From an uncultured Eubacteriales bacterium (GTDB lineage Bacteria; Bacillota_I; Bacilli_A; RFN20; CAG-826), in contig CAVJSS010000001.1 in assembly GCA_963652335.1 (NCBI GenBank), positions 60 through 64,059 on the forward strand: DNA of 64,000 nt, written 5' to 3'. The position numbers and the translations under genes are program-made. Under the pieces are notes generated by a model. That model was not told where the DNA came from, ran no database searches, and saw nothing but the letters and a program-made list of their open reading frames with translations. Positions 1 through 8,071 of the stretch are shown one piece after another; the first letter of the stretch is position 1, and every line of letters starts with the position of its first letter.

Positions 1-324
1 GTATGTTTCATAATGGGACGTTACCTTGTGTCTAACCAGACAAGTACAAATCAAAATTGCTATATAGTAACCATTATCAAGTAAATAATTTACTTACAGC
101 CATATTTGAACCATTTGAAAGAAAAGAATATAAAATATGAACCGCCACTCTTATATAACCATCTTTTAAAATCTTTTTGATCAATTCAGTAATACCAAAC
201 TTATTCAAATAAGATCCGATTTGAAGATCATGTCGGGGGATAGTTCTTTGCATGTACGATGAGCTAATTCCCTATAACAGAGATTGCTGGTTATGCCCAA
301 TCGGTTTGATTTGATGGCGGCAGC

Positions 325-1014
325 CTATTGTTGCTTAAGGAAATATTCAAAGAGCTTGTTTATCGATTCATCGGACATGAATGGGTAAAATCCGTTTATG
401 TTAAGGAATTCGAAATTCCCTTTGCAATATTCGTCACATAGATAATCTAGGACCCGTTCGGATACGAATGGGGCGAATTGGATCAATTCATCCTTTTTCG
501 TTTCGTCTTTCAAACAATTCATGAACAGTTCGTCTATGGCGTCATTAGACATAAACGGCAATAAAAGGGCCAATCTCAAATCTTTGTATTTTTCGTTGCC
601 ATTTAATTTATCCTTAACGATCTCATCGACTTTTTCCTCATCTAAAAAAGGCAATAACATGTAGATATCCATGCCTTTTCGATCATGGGGTATATCGAAA
701 TCAATATTGATGTCGCCGTCCTCGTTGATGGTCCTTTTGTTCTTTGAGTCGTTTAACCTGTCGAATATTTTTTCTTTCGTCTCATCCAAAACATTCTTTA
801 GATGATCATATCTTTCGTTTTTGCTTAGATCCTTGAATTTCTCTCCTGCTTCTTCAATTTCTTCTTCTCCCTTTTCTTCGAGATAATCATCGTATTCGTC
901 TTCATCGTCATCGGTGGTAAAAACAAGTTCGTCTTTCTTCAATTTGATGGCTTCGTCATAAGAAATTCTTTCGAAGGCTTCTTTTCCGTCATCGTTTATC
1001 TTTTTCAAAATCAT
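325..1014 (-). CDS. Hypothetical acidic protein with four C-terminal PF-motif repeats
   Basis: 229-aa ORF with an AAGGAG-type RBS just upstream of the ATG. The N-terminal half is D/E-rich (TTDDDEDEYDDYLEEKGEEEIEE). The C-terminal half has four repeats of about 30 aa (LLPFLDEEKVDEIV, LLPFMSNDAIDELF, FAPFVSERVLDYL, FYPFMSDESINKLF). It lies 38 nt downstream of the XRE gene on the same strand. Confidence 0.75.
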   Translation of the reverse strand: MILKKINDDGKEAFERISYDEAIKLKKDELVFTTDDDEDEYDDYLEEKGEEEIEEAGEKFKDLSKNERYDHLKNVLDETKEKIFDRLNDSKNKRTINEDGDINIDFDIPHDRKGMDIYMLLPFLDEEKVDEIVKDKLNGNEKYKDLRLALLLPFMSNDAIDELFMNCLKDETKKDELIQFAPFVSERVLDYLCDEYCKGNFEFLNINGFYPFMSDESINKLFEYFLKQQ

Positions 1015-1052
1015 GGCATTCTCCTTTCCTTTTTAGCAATGCATCCTTTAAG

Positions 1053-1544
1053 TTATATTCTGTTTTTGTCGCCTTTTTGGCATATATGGATGTCGTTGCC
1101 GTATAACAGCCTTTTTTCGCTTACGCTTAGCTTTTTTGAAAATTCGGATCTATCTATCGCTATTTTCCCTTCTTTTATGGCTTTGATGACCAAGATTCTT
1201 TCCAAAGGAGAAAATTGATAGAAAACGTCGATCAGATCAACTTTCAGTTTGCCGTTTATTATCTTATCGACGATGTATTTGCGGTTATGGCCTTTGAATA
1301 TATTGCTTTCATCGATAACGATTTCTCCTTCGCTTAAGCATAGAAGGTCATCTATCGGGACTGAAAGCAATTTGGAAAGCTCGATTATCAAGTCGACGCT
1401 TGGCAAAGAATAGCCATGTTCCCATTTCGAAATGACTTGGCGAGTAACCATCAGCTCATTGGCCAAATCATCCTGGGTTAAGGATTTTTCTTTCCTTAAC
1501 GCTTTGATCTTTTTTCCAACTTCAATCGAATCGATCATAGCCAC
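1053..1544 (-). CDS. XRE-family helix-turn-helix transcriptional regulator with an uncharacterised C-terminal domain
   Basis: 163-aa ORF with an AGGAG RBS. It has an N-terminal HTH_3 signature (IKALRKEKSLTQDDLANELMVTRQVISKWEHG). The C-terminal ~90 aa includes one PF-like repeat (FYQFSPLERILVIKAI) resembling the repeats of the downstream protein. Confidence 0.85.
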   Translation of the reverse strand: MAMIDSIEVGKKIKALRKEKSLTQDDLANELMVTRQVISKWEHGYSLPSVDLIIELSKLLSVPIDDLLCLSEGEIVIDESNIFKGHNRKYIVDKIINGKLKVDLIDVFYQFSPLERILVIKAIKEGKIAIDRSEFSKKLSVSEKRLLYGNDIHICQKGDKNRI

Positions 1545-1583
1545 TCCTTACGACTATAGTGTATGCTTCTTTCAAAGATTGGC

Positions 1584-1602
1584 ACGCAACCAAATGTTGC
1601 GT
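1584..1602. promoter_or_regulatory. Palindromic candidate operator ACGCAAC-N5-GTTGCGT upstream of the XRE gene
   Basis: Perfect 7-bp inverted arms were read directly from the sequence, 40-58 nt upstream of the XRE start codon at 1544. Confidence 0.4.
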
Positions 1603-1691
1603 TTTCTAGTAAAACAACAAACCTTATTTGATTTTGCAATAATTTGATATCGTCGATGATTTTGATTATGGATTTCTAAATTGAATAAAAA

Positions 1692-1794
1692 TTATACCCT
1701 CAAAGGTATATTATTGATGAAATGTTATCCTTTTATACCCTAAAAGGTGCAATTTAGATAATCTCTTATTGTTTTATACCCTCAAAGGTATATT
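1692..1794 (+). promoter_or_regulatory. Three phased HipB-type operators (TATACC-N6-GGTATA) overlapping the hipB promoter
   Basis: A 21-nt perfect direct repeat TTATACCCTCAAAGGTATATT occurs at 1692-1712 and 1774-1794, with a degenerate copy TATACCCTAAAAGGTGCA at 1734-1751. Each copy is an inverted repeat. The start-to-start spacing is 41 bp twice. The third copy overlaps a TATATT -10 (1789-1794), with a TTATTG -35 (1766-1771) and a 17-nt spacer. Confidence 0.6.
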
Positions 1795-1818
1795 TTATTT
1801 ATAAAGGACAATTCAAGC

Positions 1819-2025
1819 ATGAATCCAATCGCAGAATATATCAAAAAGAGTAGAAAAGAAGTTGGGCTGACCCAAGAAGAATTTGCCATCCGTTCTGGTT
1901 TAGGACTTCGCTTCGTTCGTGAATTAGAACGAGGAAAGCCTACTGTCAGGATGGATAAAGTGAACATCGCTTTAAATATGTTTGGTATGGAAGCGGGCCC
2001 AATCAAGAAAGTTAATGACAAATGA
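1819..2025 (+). CDS. hipB: HipB-like XRE HTH protein (DNA-binding component of the Hip toxin-antitoxin module)
   Basis: 68-aa ORF with an HTH_3 motif (IKKSRKEVGLTQEEFAIRSGLGLRFVRELERGK). Its stop overlaps the next start in an ATGA. Confidence 0.8.
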   Translation: MNPIAEYIKKSRKEVGLTQEEFAIRSGLGLRFVRELERGKPTVRMDKVNIALNMFGMEAGPIKKVNDK

Positions 2026-2351
2026 AATCATTTAGGACGGCTTATGTTTATGTAAGAGATATTTATGCCGGAATCCTTAAAGAAACGGAAACGGGCTATG
2101 GTTTTGCCTATGATCATGAATATCTCGATAGAAAGGACGCAAGCCCAGTGTCTTTGACTTTGCCATTGTCAAAGGAAGAATATCAATCTAGCGTGTTGTT
2201 TCCGTTTTTTGACGGACTTATTCCGGAAGGATGGCTTTTGGATGTCGTGAATAGAAATTGGAAATTGGATCCGAACGATCGTTTCGGAATCCTTATGGTT
2301 TCGTGTAAGGATTGCATAGGCAACGTCAGCGTTTCGGAGAAAAAATTATGA
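2022..2351 (+). CDS. hipS: HipS-like protein (stand-alone HipA N-terminal subdomain)
   Basis: 109-aa ORF. It aligns by eye to the E. coli HipA N-terminus (PVSLTLPL ... LFPFFDGLIPEG versus PLSLSLPL ... VFNFFDNLLPDS). ATGA overlaps link it to both neighbours. Confidence 0.75.
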   Translation: MKSFRTAYVYVRDIYAGILKETETGYGFAYDHEYLDRKDASPVSLTLPLSKEEYQSSVLFPFFDGLIPEGWLLDVVNRNWKLDPNDRFGILMVSCKDCIGNVSVSEKKL

Positions 2352-3298
2352 TTCGTTGTTTATGCTGCGGCAAGTCATTAAGAAATGGAGAATCAAACGG
2401 TTGGCACGAATCATGCATAAAAAGATTCTTCGGATCGAAAGTGATTCCTGAGATTAATTTGGGTGAAGGTGCCTTGGAATCATTCGCATTGCAAAACGTT
2501 CGTCAAGGCCTTACGGTGCCTGGCGTGCAGAAAAAAATGTCTTTGCTTTTAAATAGCGATGGAAAACATAATAAGCTCACTTTGGTTGGCTACCCAACTG
2601 GATATATTTTGAAACCGCAAGCGGAAGAATACGATTCGCTTCCGGAATTGGAATGGGTTGGCATGAAAATGGCTGACTATGCAGGAATAGCGACGGTCGC
2701 TAACGCCTTGATATCCATAAATGATAAATATGCGTATATCTCAAAACGAATTGATCGGGTTTTTGAGAAAAATTACGTGAAAAAGCTTGCGATGGAAGAT
2801 TTTTGCCAACTCGATTCTAGAATGACGAGCGACAAATATCACGGATCATATGAAAGATGTGCGAAAATCATTCAGAGGCATTCGTCGCGTTCTGGCCTTG
2901 ATTTGGCCGAATTGTTCATGCGTGTCGTCTTCTCTTATATTATCGGAAATTCGGATATGCATCTTAAAAATCTATCCCTGATCGAAACGGAATTCGGAAG
3001 TGGGTTATATGTCCTATCGCCTGCTTATGATTTGTTTCCTGTCAGCGTTGTTTTGCCTGAAGATGAAGATGAATTCGCCCTTACGGTCAACGGAAAAAGG
3101 AATAATGTCACCAAAAACGATTTGTATGTCTTTGGCAGCCGCTGCGGATTGAGCAAAATCGCCTGTCAAAAAATGATAAAGAAACTTCTTTCTTTGGAAG
3201 ATGGGCTTATCGACATTGTCGAAAACTCCGTCTTAAAGGATGAATTGAAAAGCGATTTAGCGAAAGTGATAAAAGGAAGGTGTTCTGCGCTTTCTTAA
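2348..3298 (+). CDS. hipT: HipT-like Ser/Thr kinase toxin (HipA_C core) with an N-terminal Cys/His cluster
   Basis: 316 aa counted from the ATG at 2348 (the ORF track starts earlier, at 2312). It has a Gly-rich loop VPGVQKKMS, a catalytic loop IGNSDMHLKNLS and a Mg-binding region SPAYDLFP. The N-terminus is MIRCLCCGK..NGWHESC. Confidence 0.8.
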   Translation: MIRCLCCGKSLRNGESNGWHESCIKRFFGSKVIPEINLGEGALESFALQNVRQGLTVPGVQKKMSLLLNSDGKHNKLTLVGYPTGYILKPQAEEYDSLPELEWVGMKMADYAGIATVANALISINDKYAYISKRIDRVFEKNYVKKLAMEDFCQLDSRMTSDKYHGSYERCAKIIQRHSSRSGLDLAELFMRVVFSYIIGNSDMHLKNLSLIETEFGSGLYVLSPAYDLFPVSVVLPEDEDEFALTVNGKRNNVTKNDLYVFGSRCGLSKIACQKMIKKLLSLEDGLIDIVENSVLKDELKSDLAKVIKGRCSALS

Positions 3299-3344
3299 GA
3301 TGACATAAATGAGAGGAGTTTTTTACTATCTGCAAAGAGGATGG

Positions 3345-4742
3345 CTAAGCAGTTTGGCTTTGCTTGCTCCTTTTTTCGATAGGATAGCCGCATTTTTTCT
3401 TCCATCTTCCGATAAAGAACATGGCAATCGAAATACACATCCCAACACCCCATCCGATAGGCCAAGCGAAGAATATCCCTTCATATCCGAAATATTTGCC
3501 CAAGATCAAAGCGGCGATGACCCTACACGCCAAATCAACCGAAGTCCCTAACGTGAATCCAAGCATGTCTTTGGCGCCTTTCAATATCCCGTCGAGCGGT
3601 ATTTTGACTACCATGAAGATGAAGAAAGGAACGATGCAGAGGATAAACAGTTTGCCTGAATTTATTATCACGTCGATGTCGCCTTCTGCTCCATCGCTCA
3701 AAAACAAGCGGACCCAGAATTCCCTAAAAGGCAAAATAGCCGCCATCGCTATGACGCAAAACGCAGCTGAGATGATCAAGGCGGAATAATACCCTTTCAT
3801 GATCCTATCGTATTTTTTAGCTCCGACGTTTTGGGAAACGTAATTGGACAAGGCATTGCACAAAACGGTGAAGATGTTGATGGCTATATAGCAGATCTTG
3901 TAGCTTGCGCTATATCCTCCAGCGACGCTGTTCCCACCTATTCTGGTTAAAATCGAAGTGATAAGAACGCCGCCTATCGAAATGAAACATCCTTGAAGTA
4001 TCGATGGGGCAGCCACGCCCAAAATCGATTTGAAGATGTTTTTGTCAAATAATTCGCATTTTTCCGCCTCGAATTTCTTTATGCATCCAAAAAGGACGAC
4101 GACCGATAAGATGCCGGCGATGGCTTCGGATATGATGGTGCCCAGAGCAAGGCCGGCGCTATTCATTTTTATCGGCATTACGAACAATATGTCCAATCCT
4201 ATGTTCAGCAAGGTAGAGAATATAAGGAAGTACAACGGGGTCCTGGAATTTCCAAAAGCCTGGAACATATACATCGAATAATTGTATAAAAAGAGGGATA
4301 TGACGCCTCCGATATAGATATACATATAGGATTTGGCTTCGTCTAGGCATCCCTCGCCTTTATCTTGGCCGATCATCGCATTGAGCAAAGGGGAAATGAT
4401 CGCAAAACCGATTGCCGTCACGACCAAAGCCAAAACGATGGTGGATATCAATCCGACGGTGGCCGTCTTTTTTAGGTTCTTCATGTCCTTGGCACCGAAA
4501 TAAGCGGCTCCGATGACCCCACATCCAACCCCGAAGCCAACGGCGATATCCAAAAACACAACCGTGATTGGATAAACGATGCCAACGGCATTGAAACTAT
4601 CCAAATTGGAAATGAAGTGTCCGGCTATGAAATTGTCCGCAAGGTTATAGAGCTGTTGCAAGGTGGCAGACAATATCAAAGGGATGGAAAACAGCAAGAT
4701 TATTTTAAACGGGTTGCCGACCGTCATGTCTTTAGATTTCAT
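3345..4742 (-). CDS. MATE-family efflux transporter
   Basis: 465-aa polytopic membrane protein. It has the typical MATE N-terminus (GNPFKIILLFSIPLILSATLQQLYNLAD) and about 12 hydrophobic segments. Confidence 0.85.
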   Translation of the reverse strand: MKSKDMTVGNPFKIILLFSIPLILSATLQQLYNLADNFIAGHFISNLDSFNAVGIVYPITVVFLDIAVGFGVGCGVIGAAYFGAKDMKNLKKTATVGLISTIVLALVVTAIGFAIISPLLNAMIGQDKGEGCLDEAKSYMYIYIGGVISLFLYNYSMYMFQAFGNSRTPLYFLIFSTLLNIGLDILFVMPIKMNSAGLALGTIISEAIAGILSVVVLFGCIKKFEAEKCELFDKNIFKSILGVAAPSILQGCFISIGGVLITSILTRIGGNSVAGGYSASYKICYIAINIFTVLCNALSNYVSQNVGAKKYDRIMKGYYSALIISAAFCVIAMAAILPFREFWVRLFLSDGAEGDIDVIINSGKLFILCIVPFFIFMVVKIPLDGILKGAKDMLGFTLGTSVDLACRVIAALILGKYFGYEGIFFAWPIGWGVGMCISIAMFFIGRWKKKCGYPIEKRSKQSQTA

Positions 4743-4952
4743 ATCGATAATCCTGGTAGCAAAACGCGTCGAAAATCATAGTCTCATACAATGATGATGA
4801 CCTATGTAAGCGATTACACGTTAGATGTTTAATCATTTGATATCATTTGAAATTGGCAAATCGTTTCTGATTGAATTGTTTTTTTTGCTAGAAGGCCCCA
4901 GCGTGAATATTTCCTCCAAACGTCAATAATCTACCAGTTTTTTCACAATCAC

Positions 4953-5020
4953 CCGTGAGAAAAACCGATATTCCGAGAGAAAAATACAAAAAACGAGAGA
5001 ATAATTGATTTTCCGTGAGA
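4953..5020 (+). repeat. Four direct CGWGAGA repeats at an exact 20-bp period
   Basis: CCGTGAGA at 4953, CCGAGAGA at 4973, ACGAGAGA at 4993 and CCGTGAGA at 5013. Each is followed by A-rich sequence. The array overlaps the predicted promoter of the 5054 gene. Confidence 0.7.
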
Positions 5021-5033
5021 TTCTATGTATAGT
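5005..5033 (+). promoter_or_regulatory. Candidate sigma-A promoter of the AlbA_2 regulator gene
   Basis: -35 TTGATT (5005-5010), 17-nt spacer, -10 TATAGT (5028-5033). The fourth repeat lies inside the spacer. Confidence 0.45.
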
Positions 5034-5053
5034 ACTTCCTGGAGCTAAATGTC

Positions 5054-6481
5054 ATGAACGCAGACATCAATTACCTTGCCATTCTAAAAGAAGGGCCCAA
5101 CATCGAATTAAAAGAAGCGACGAATAAAGTGCCTGATAGTTTTTACGAAACATATTCGGCTTTTTGCAATACCGATGGCGGAACCATCTATTTGGGCATA
5201 AAAGAAGGAAAAAAGAATAAAATCTTAGGGGTTAGCAATCCCATTGAGCAAAAAAAGAACATAATCGCAGCACTGCATTCTAGAGAAAAAGTCAGTTATT
5301 GTGCGTTATCGGAAAAAAACGTGAGAATCCTTTCCGTGGGCGACAAAAACATAATGCAGATAGATATTCCTGAGGCTCCGAAAGAAGTTAAGCCCGTTTA
5401 CATAAAAGGCAATCTTTCATTAAGCTATGAAAGAGCCGGTGGCGGCGATTTCAAGTTAAACGAAGATTCGATAACGAGAATGCTCATCGATCGAAGACAA
5501 ACTCATTTCGATAGCGTTCCGAATGTTTTGGATTTGGATTTTTCTAGAGTTGATGCAGATACATTGAAAAAATATCGCACATACTTAAACGAAATATCGC
5601 CAAACAATATCTTTTCGAGACTGTCGGATCACGACTTTTTGCTAAGAATCGGAGCTTTGAAAACCAAAGAAGATGGCAAAGAGGTATTAAGCAACGGAGC
5701 GGTGCTCTTTTTCGGCCAAATCACCGACATCATGCAAATATCTCCAAATTTCTTTTTGGACTATAGGGAGAAAATAACGAACTACTCGAGGTGGGATTAT
5801 CGGATAGTTTCCGATGACATTTCCTTAAATTGCAATCTATACAATTTCTTCGAGATCGTTTCGGAACGTTTATTGATGAATGTTCCTAATCCGTTCAAAA
5901 CCAACGGCATCTCGAATTTGAACGGAACAGATTTGAAACGCTCGATCATTGAAGGATTGGCCAATGCCATTTCGAACAACGATTATTTGTCTACGCCTGG
6001 GATATGCATAGAAAAAACCGCTAATTCCATTTGCATAACCAATTCAGGAGATGTCCCGACCGGAATCGAGCAAGCAAAAAAAGGCGGCATAAGCGAGCCG
6101 AGGAATTCCAATATAATGAATTATTTAAGAATAATACAGGTTACCGACCGTGCCGGAACCGGCATCCCGAACATCTTCGACGTTTTCGCTTCCTATCAAT
6201 TTCCGACTCCTGGGTTTTTCGTTTTGAAGAACCCATTAAGAACTCGACTTTCCTTAAACTTTTTGCAATTGCCTTCAAATACACGCTATCGCCAAGAAAA
6301 GCTCGATATCTTAGCTTATCTCGAAAGCCGTCCTGAAGGCGTATCATCGGTAGAAATCTCCAAATTGATAAATAAGAAGAGCACCATCACCAATCAAATA
6401 TTGAACGAATTATTGCTAATCGATCTGATTTCGACAAACGGGATGAAAACAAAAGGCAAAAAATTCATGAAGAATTCATAG
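5054..6481 (+). CDS. Schlafen/AlbA_2 divergent-AAA domain protein with a RecG-C-like HATPase_c_4 region and a C-terminal winged HTH (putative regulator)
   Basis: 475 aa. AlbA_2 signature: EGPNIELKEATNKVPDSFYETYSAFCNTDGGTIYLGI. HATPase_c_4-like signature: SEPRNSNIMNYLRIIQVTDRAGTGIPNIF. C-terminal wHTH-like segment: ILAYLESRPEGVSSVEISKLINKKSTITNQILNELL. Confidence 0.7.
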   Translation: MNADINYLAILKEGPNIELKEATNKVPDSFYETYSAFCNTDGGTIYLGIKEGKKNKILGVSNPIEQKKNIIAALHSREKVSYCALSEKNVRILSVGDKNIMQIDIPEAPKEVKPVYIKGNLSLSYERAGGGDFKLNEDSITRMLIDRRQTHFDSVPNVLDLDFSRVDADTLKKYRTYLNEISPNNIFSRLSDHDFLLRIGALKTKEDGKEVLSNGAVLFFGQITDIMQISPNFFLDYREKITNYSRWDYRIVSDDISLNCNLYNFFEIVSERLLMNVPNPFKTNGISNLNGTDLKRSIIEGLANAISNNDYLSTPGICIEKTANSICITNSGDVPTGIEQAKKGGISEPRNSNIMNYLRIIQVTDRAGTGIPNIFDVFASYQFPTPGFFVLKNPLRTRLSLNFLQLPSNTRYRQEKLDILAYLESRPEGVSSVEISKLINKKSTITNQILNELLLIDLISTNGMKTKGKKFMKNS

Positions 6482-6556
6482 TCTTTTAATGGCGAATGTC
6501 TTTGCTACAAACATTTTCAATGAGGAAAGTGTTATCTTATTTCCGAGGTAAGACAA

Positions 6557-7063
6557 ATGGTAATTCTAAATGTTCGAAACTATGGTGAAATCGATATCGA
6601 ATTAGATTGGGATTCCGCACCAAACACCTGCGCCAATTTCGTCGAATTGGCCAAAAAGGGGTATTACGATGGACTGACCTTCCATCGCATCATCAAACAT
6701 TTCATGATCCAAGGCGGATGTCCGATCGGCAATGGAACCGGTGGTCCCGGATATTCGATCAAAGGGGAATTCAAAATCAACGGCTTCAGAAACGACTTGA
6801 AACATGAAAGAGGAGTCATATCGATGGCTCGTTCCTATTTCCCAGACAGCGCCGGATCGCAATTCTTCATATGCGATGCCGATGATTTCTTTTTGGATGG
6901 ACAATATGCCGCTTTCGGGAATGTGACGAAAGGGATGGATGTCGTCGATAAGATAGCGGCGGTGAAAACCAGCAAGAACGACAGACCTTTGGAACCAATC
7001 GTCATCGCATCTGCAAAAGTTATGAATGAGCCTGACAAGGAAGCCATCAAAATCGTCAAATGA
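6557..7063 (+). CDS. ppiB: Cyclophilin-type peptidyl-prolyl cis-trans isomerase
   Basis: 168 aa with FHRIIKHFMIQGGCP and SMARS...GSQFFI cyclophilin motifs. Confidence 0.9.
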   Translation: MVILNVRNYGEIDIELDWDSAPNTCANFVELAKKGYYDGLTFHRIIKHFMIQGGCPIGNGTGGPGYSIKGEFKINGFRNDLKHERGVISMARSYFPDSAGSQFFICDADDFFLDGQYAAFGNVTKGMDVVDKIAAVKTSKNDRPLEPIVIASAKVMNEPDKEAIKIVK

Positions 7064-7177
7064 TCAGTCACTCTCTAGCCGTTGGCCTCACAAAGACTTT
7101 TGTTTTCAGCCAAAAATATTCTTTAAATATTTCGCTTTGGCGATAAACTTACCAAATCAAAACCTTAAGGAGCGACC

Positions 7178-8056
7178 ATGAATTTCAAAAAACTGGCTTT
7201 GGCGGCATTATCCGCTTTGACGATTACGATGACTTCTTGCGAAAACAACGTTGATCCATCGGCTTCTTCTTCGATTCCACCCTCTTCTAGTTCGGATTCC
7301 AGCGATTCCGTTACGTCTCCTTGGGGAAAAGACATCTCGGCTTTGCTTCATAAACATTATGGGATGGACATTCCATTCCCTAGCGGTGCTTTGGGCGCCA
7401 AATATGGCGTTACCAAAGACAATTATGGCGATCCGATGATCGTGATCCTTTGCGAATTCGCGGATGCCGATGCCATCGATGCTGCGGTCGAAGCCTATGC
7501 CATAACGGCCGTAAACGAGGGATACAATGTCGTATCGGTGGATTACGACAATGGCCACCCCGCCTATGATTGCTCTATCCCTTATAATGATTCGATGACC
7601 ATGCATATCCAATGCTTGTATGGAGGGATGGACACCGATGACGACGGCGAAGCCGAAGATTACCTTGGCTTATTCGTTACTTCCGAAGCCAGCGTCGATC
7701 CATATGTTTGGCCAGCTGGATTGATCGAATATGTCCTTGGCTTTGAAGCGAATGTCCCTGCTTTGGAAGGCGAATACATCACTTATTCTTCTAGCGAGAT
7801 CCACGATGACGATTTCGGCAATTATGTGAACATCGTCGTTTATGGTGCGACTGAGACCGATTTCACTAATTATCAAAATGATCTTAAATCAGCTGGCTAT
7901 ACGGTCAAATTCTTCGAGGATGAAGACTATAGATATTATCTGGCTTGGTTAGACGAAACTTTCTTCATTCAATTGAATACCGGAACGGAAAATTCGAGAT
8001 ATTACATCGACATCAACATCGCCAAGGGCAACGTTCGCGATTCCTTCGATATCTAA
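7178..8056 (+). CDS. Lipoprotein built from two copies of a ~110-aa module (paralog of 9898-10701)
   Basis: 292 aa. Signal peptide with lipobox (LTITMTSC). Ser/Asp-rich tether SSSSIPPSSSSDSSDS. Internal duplication: PWGKDISALL..IPFP..EGYNVV and VWPAGLIEYV..VPAL..AGYTVK. Confidence 0.8.
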   Translation: MNFKKLALAALSALTITMTSCENNVDPSASSSIPPSSSSDSSDSVTSPWGKDISALLHKHYGMDIPFPSGALGAKYGVTKDNYGDPMIVILCEFADADAIDAAVEAYAITAVNEGYNVVSVDYDNGHPAYDCSIPYNDSMTMHIQCLYGGMDTDDDGEAEDYLGLFVTSEASVDPYVWPAGLIEYVLGFEANVPALEGEYITYSSSEIHDDDFGNYVNIVVYGATETDFTNYQNDLKSAGYTVKFFEDEDYRYYLAWLDETFFIQLNTGTENSRYYIDINIAKGNVRDSFDI

Positions 8057-8071
8057 AAGACTTTCCCATTT

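Noticed and set aside
77-253. 58-aa minus-strand ORF (MQRTIPRHDLQIGSYLNKFGITELIKKILKDGYIRV...) in the otherwise empty left edge. It could be a gene remnant.
   Set aside because: It has no RBS and no motif I can recognise. It is below the ORF-track cut-off and lies in AT-rich sequence where such ORFs arise by chance. This is not enough support to call a gene or a mobile-element scar.
3309-3789. ORFs 3309-3551 and 3421-3789 on the plus strand, downstream of hipT.
   Set aside because: They lie antisense within the MATE transporter gene, which has a coherent 12-TM product. They have no RBS and their sequences are not protein-like.
4833-4853. Tandem ATCATTTGA-T-ATCATTTGA direct repeat in the MATE/AlbA_2 intergenic region.
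   Set aside because: It is a single short duplication in AT-rich DNA with no second occurrence in the window. It could belong to the MATE promoter, but there is too little evidence to call a site.
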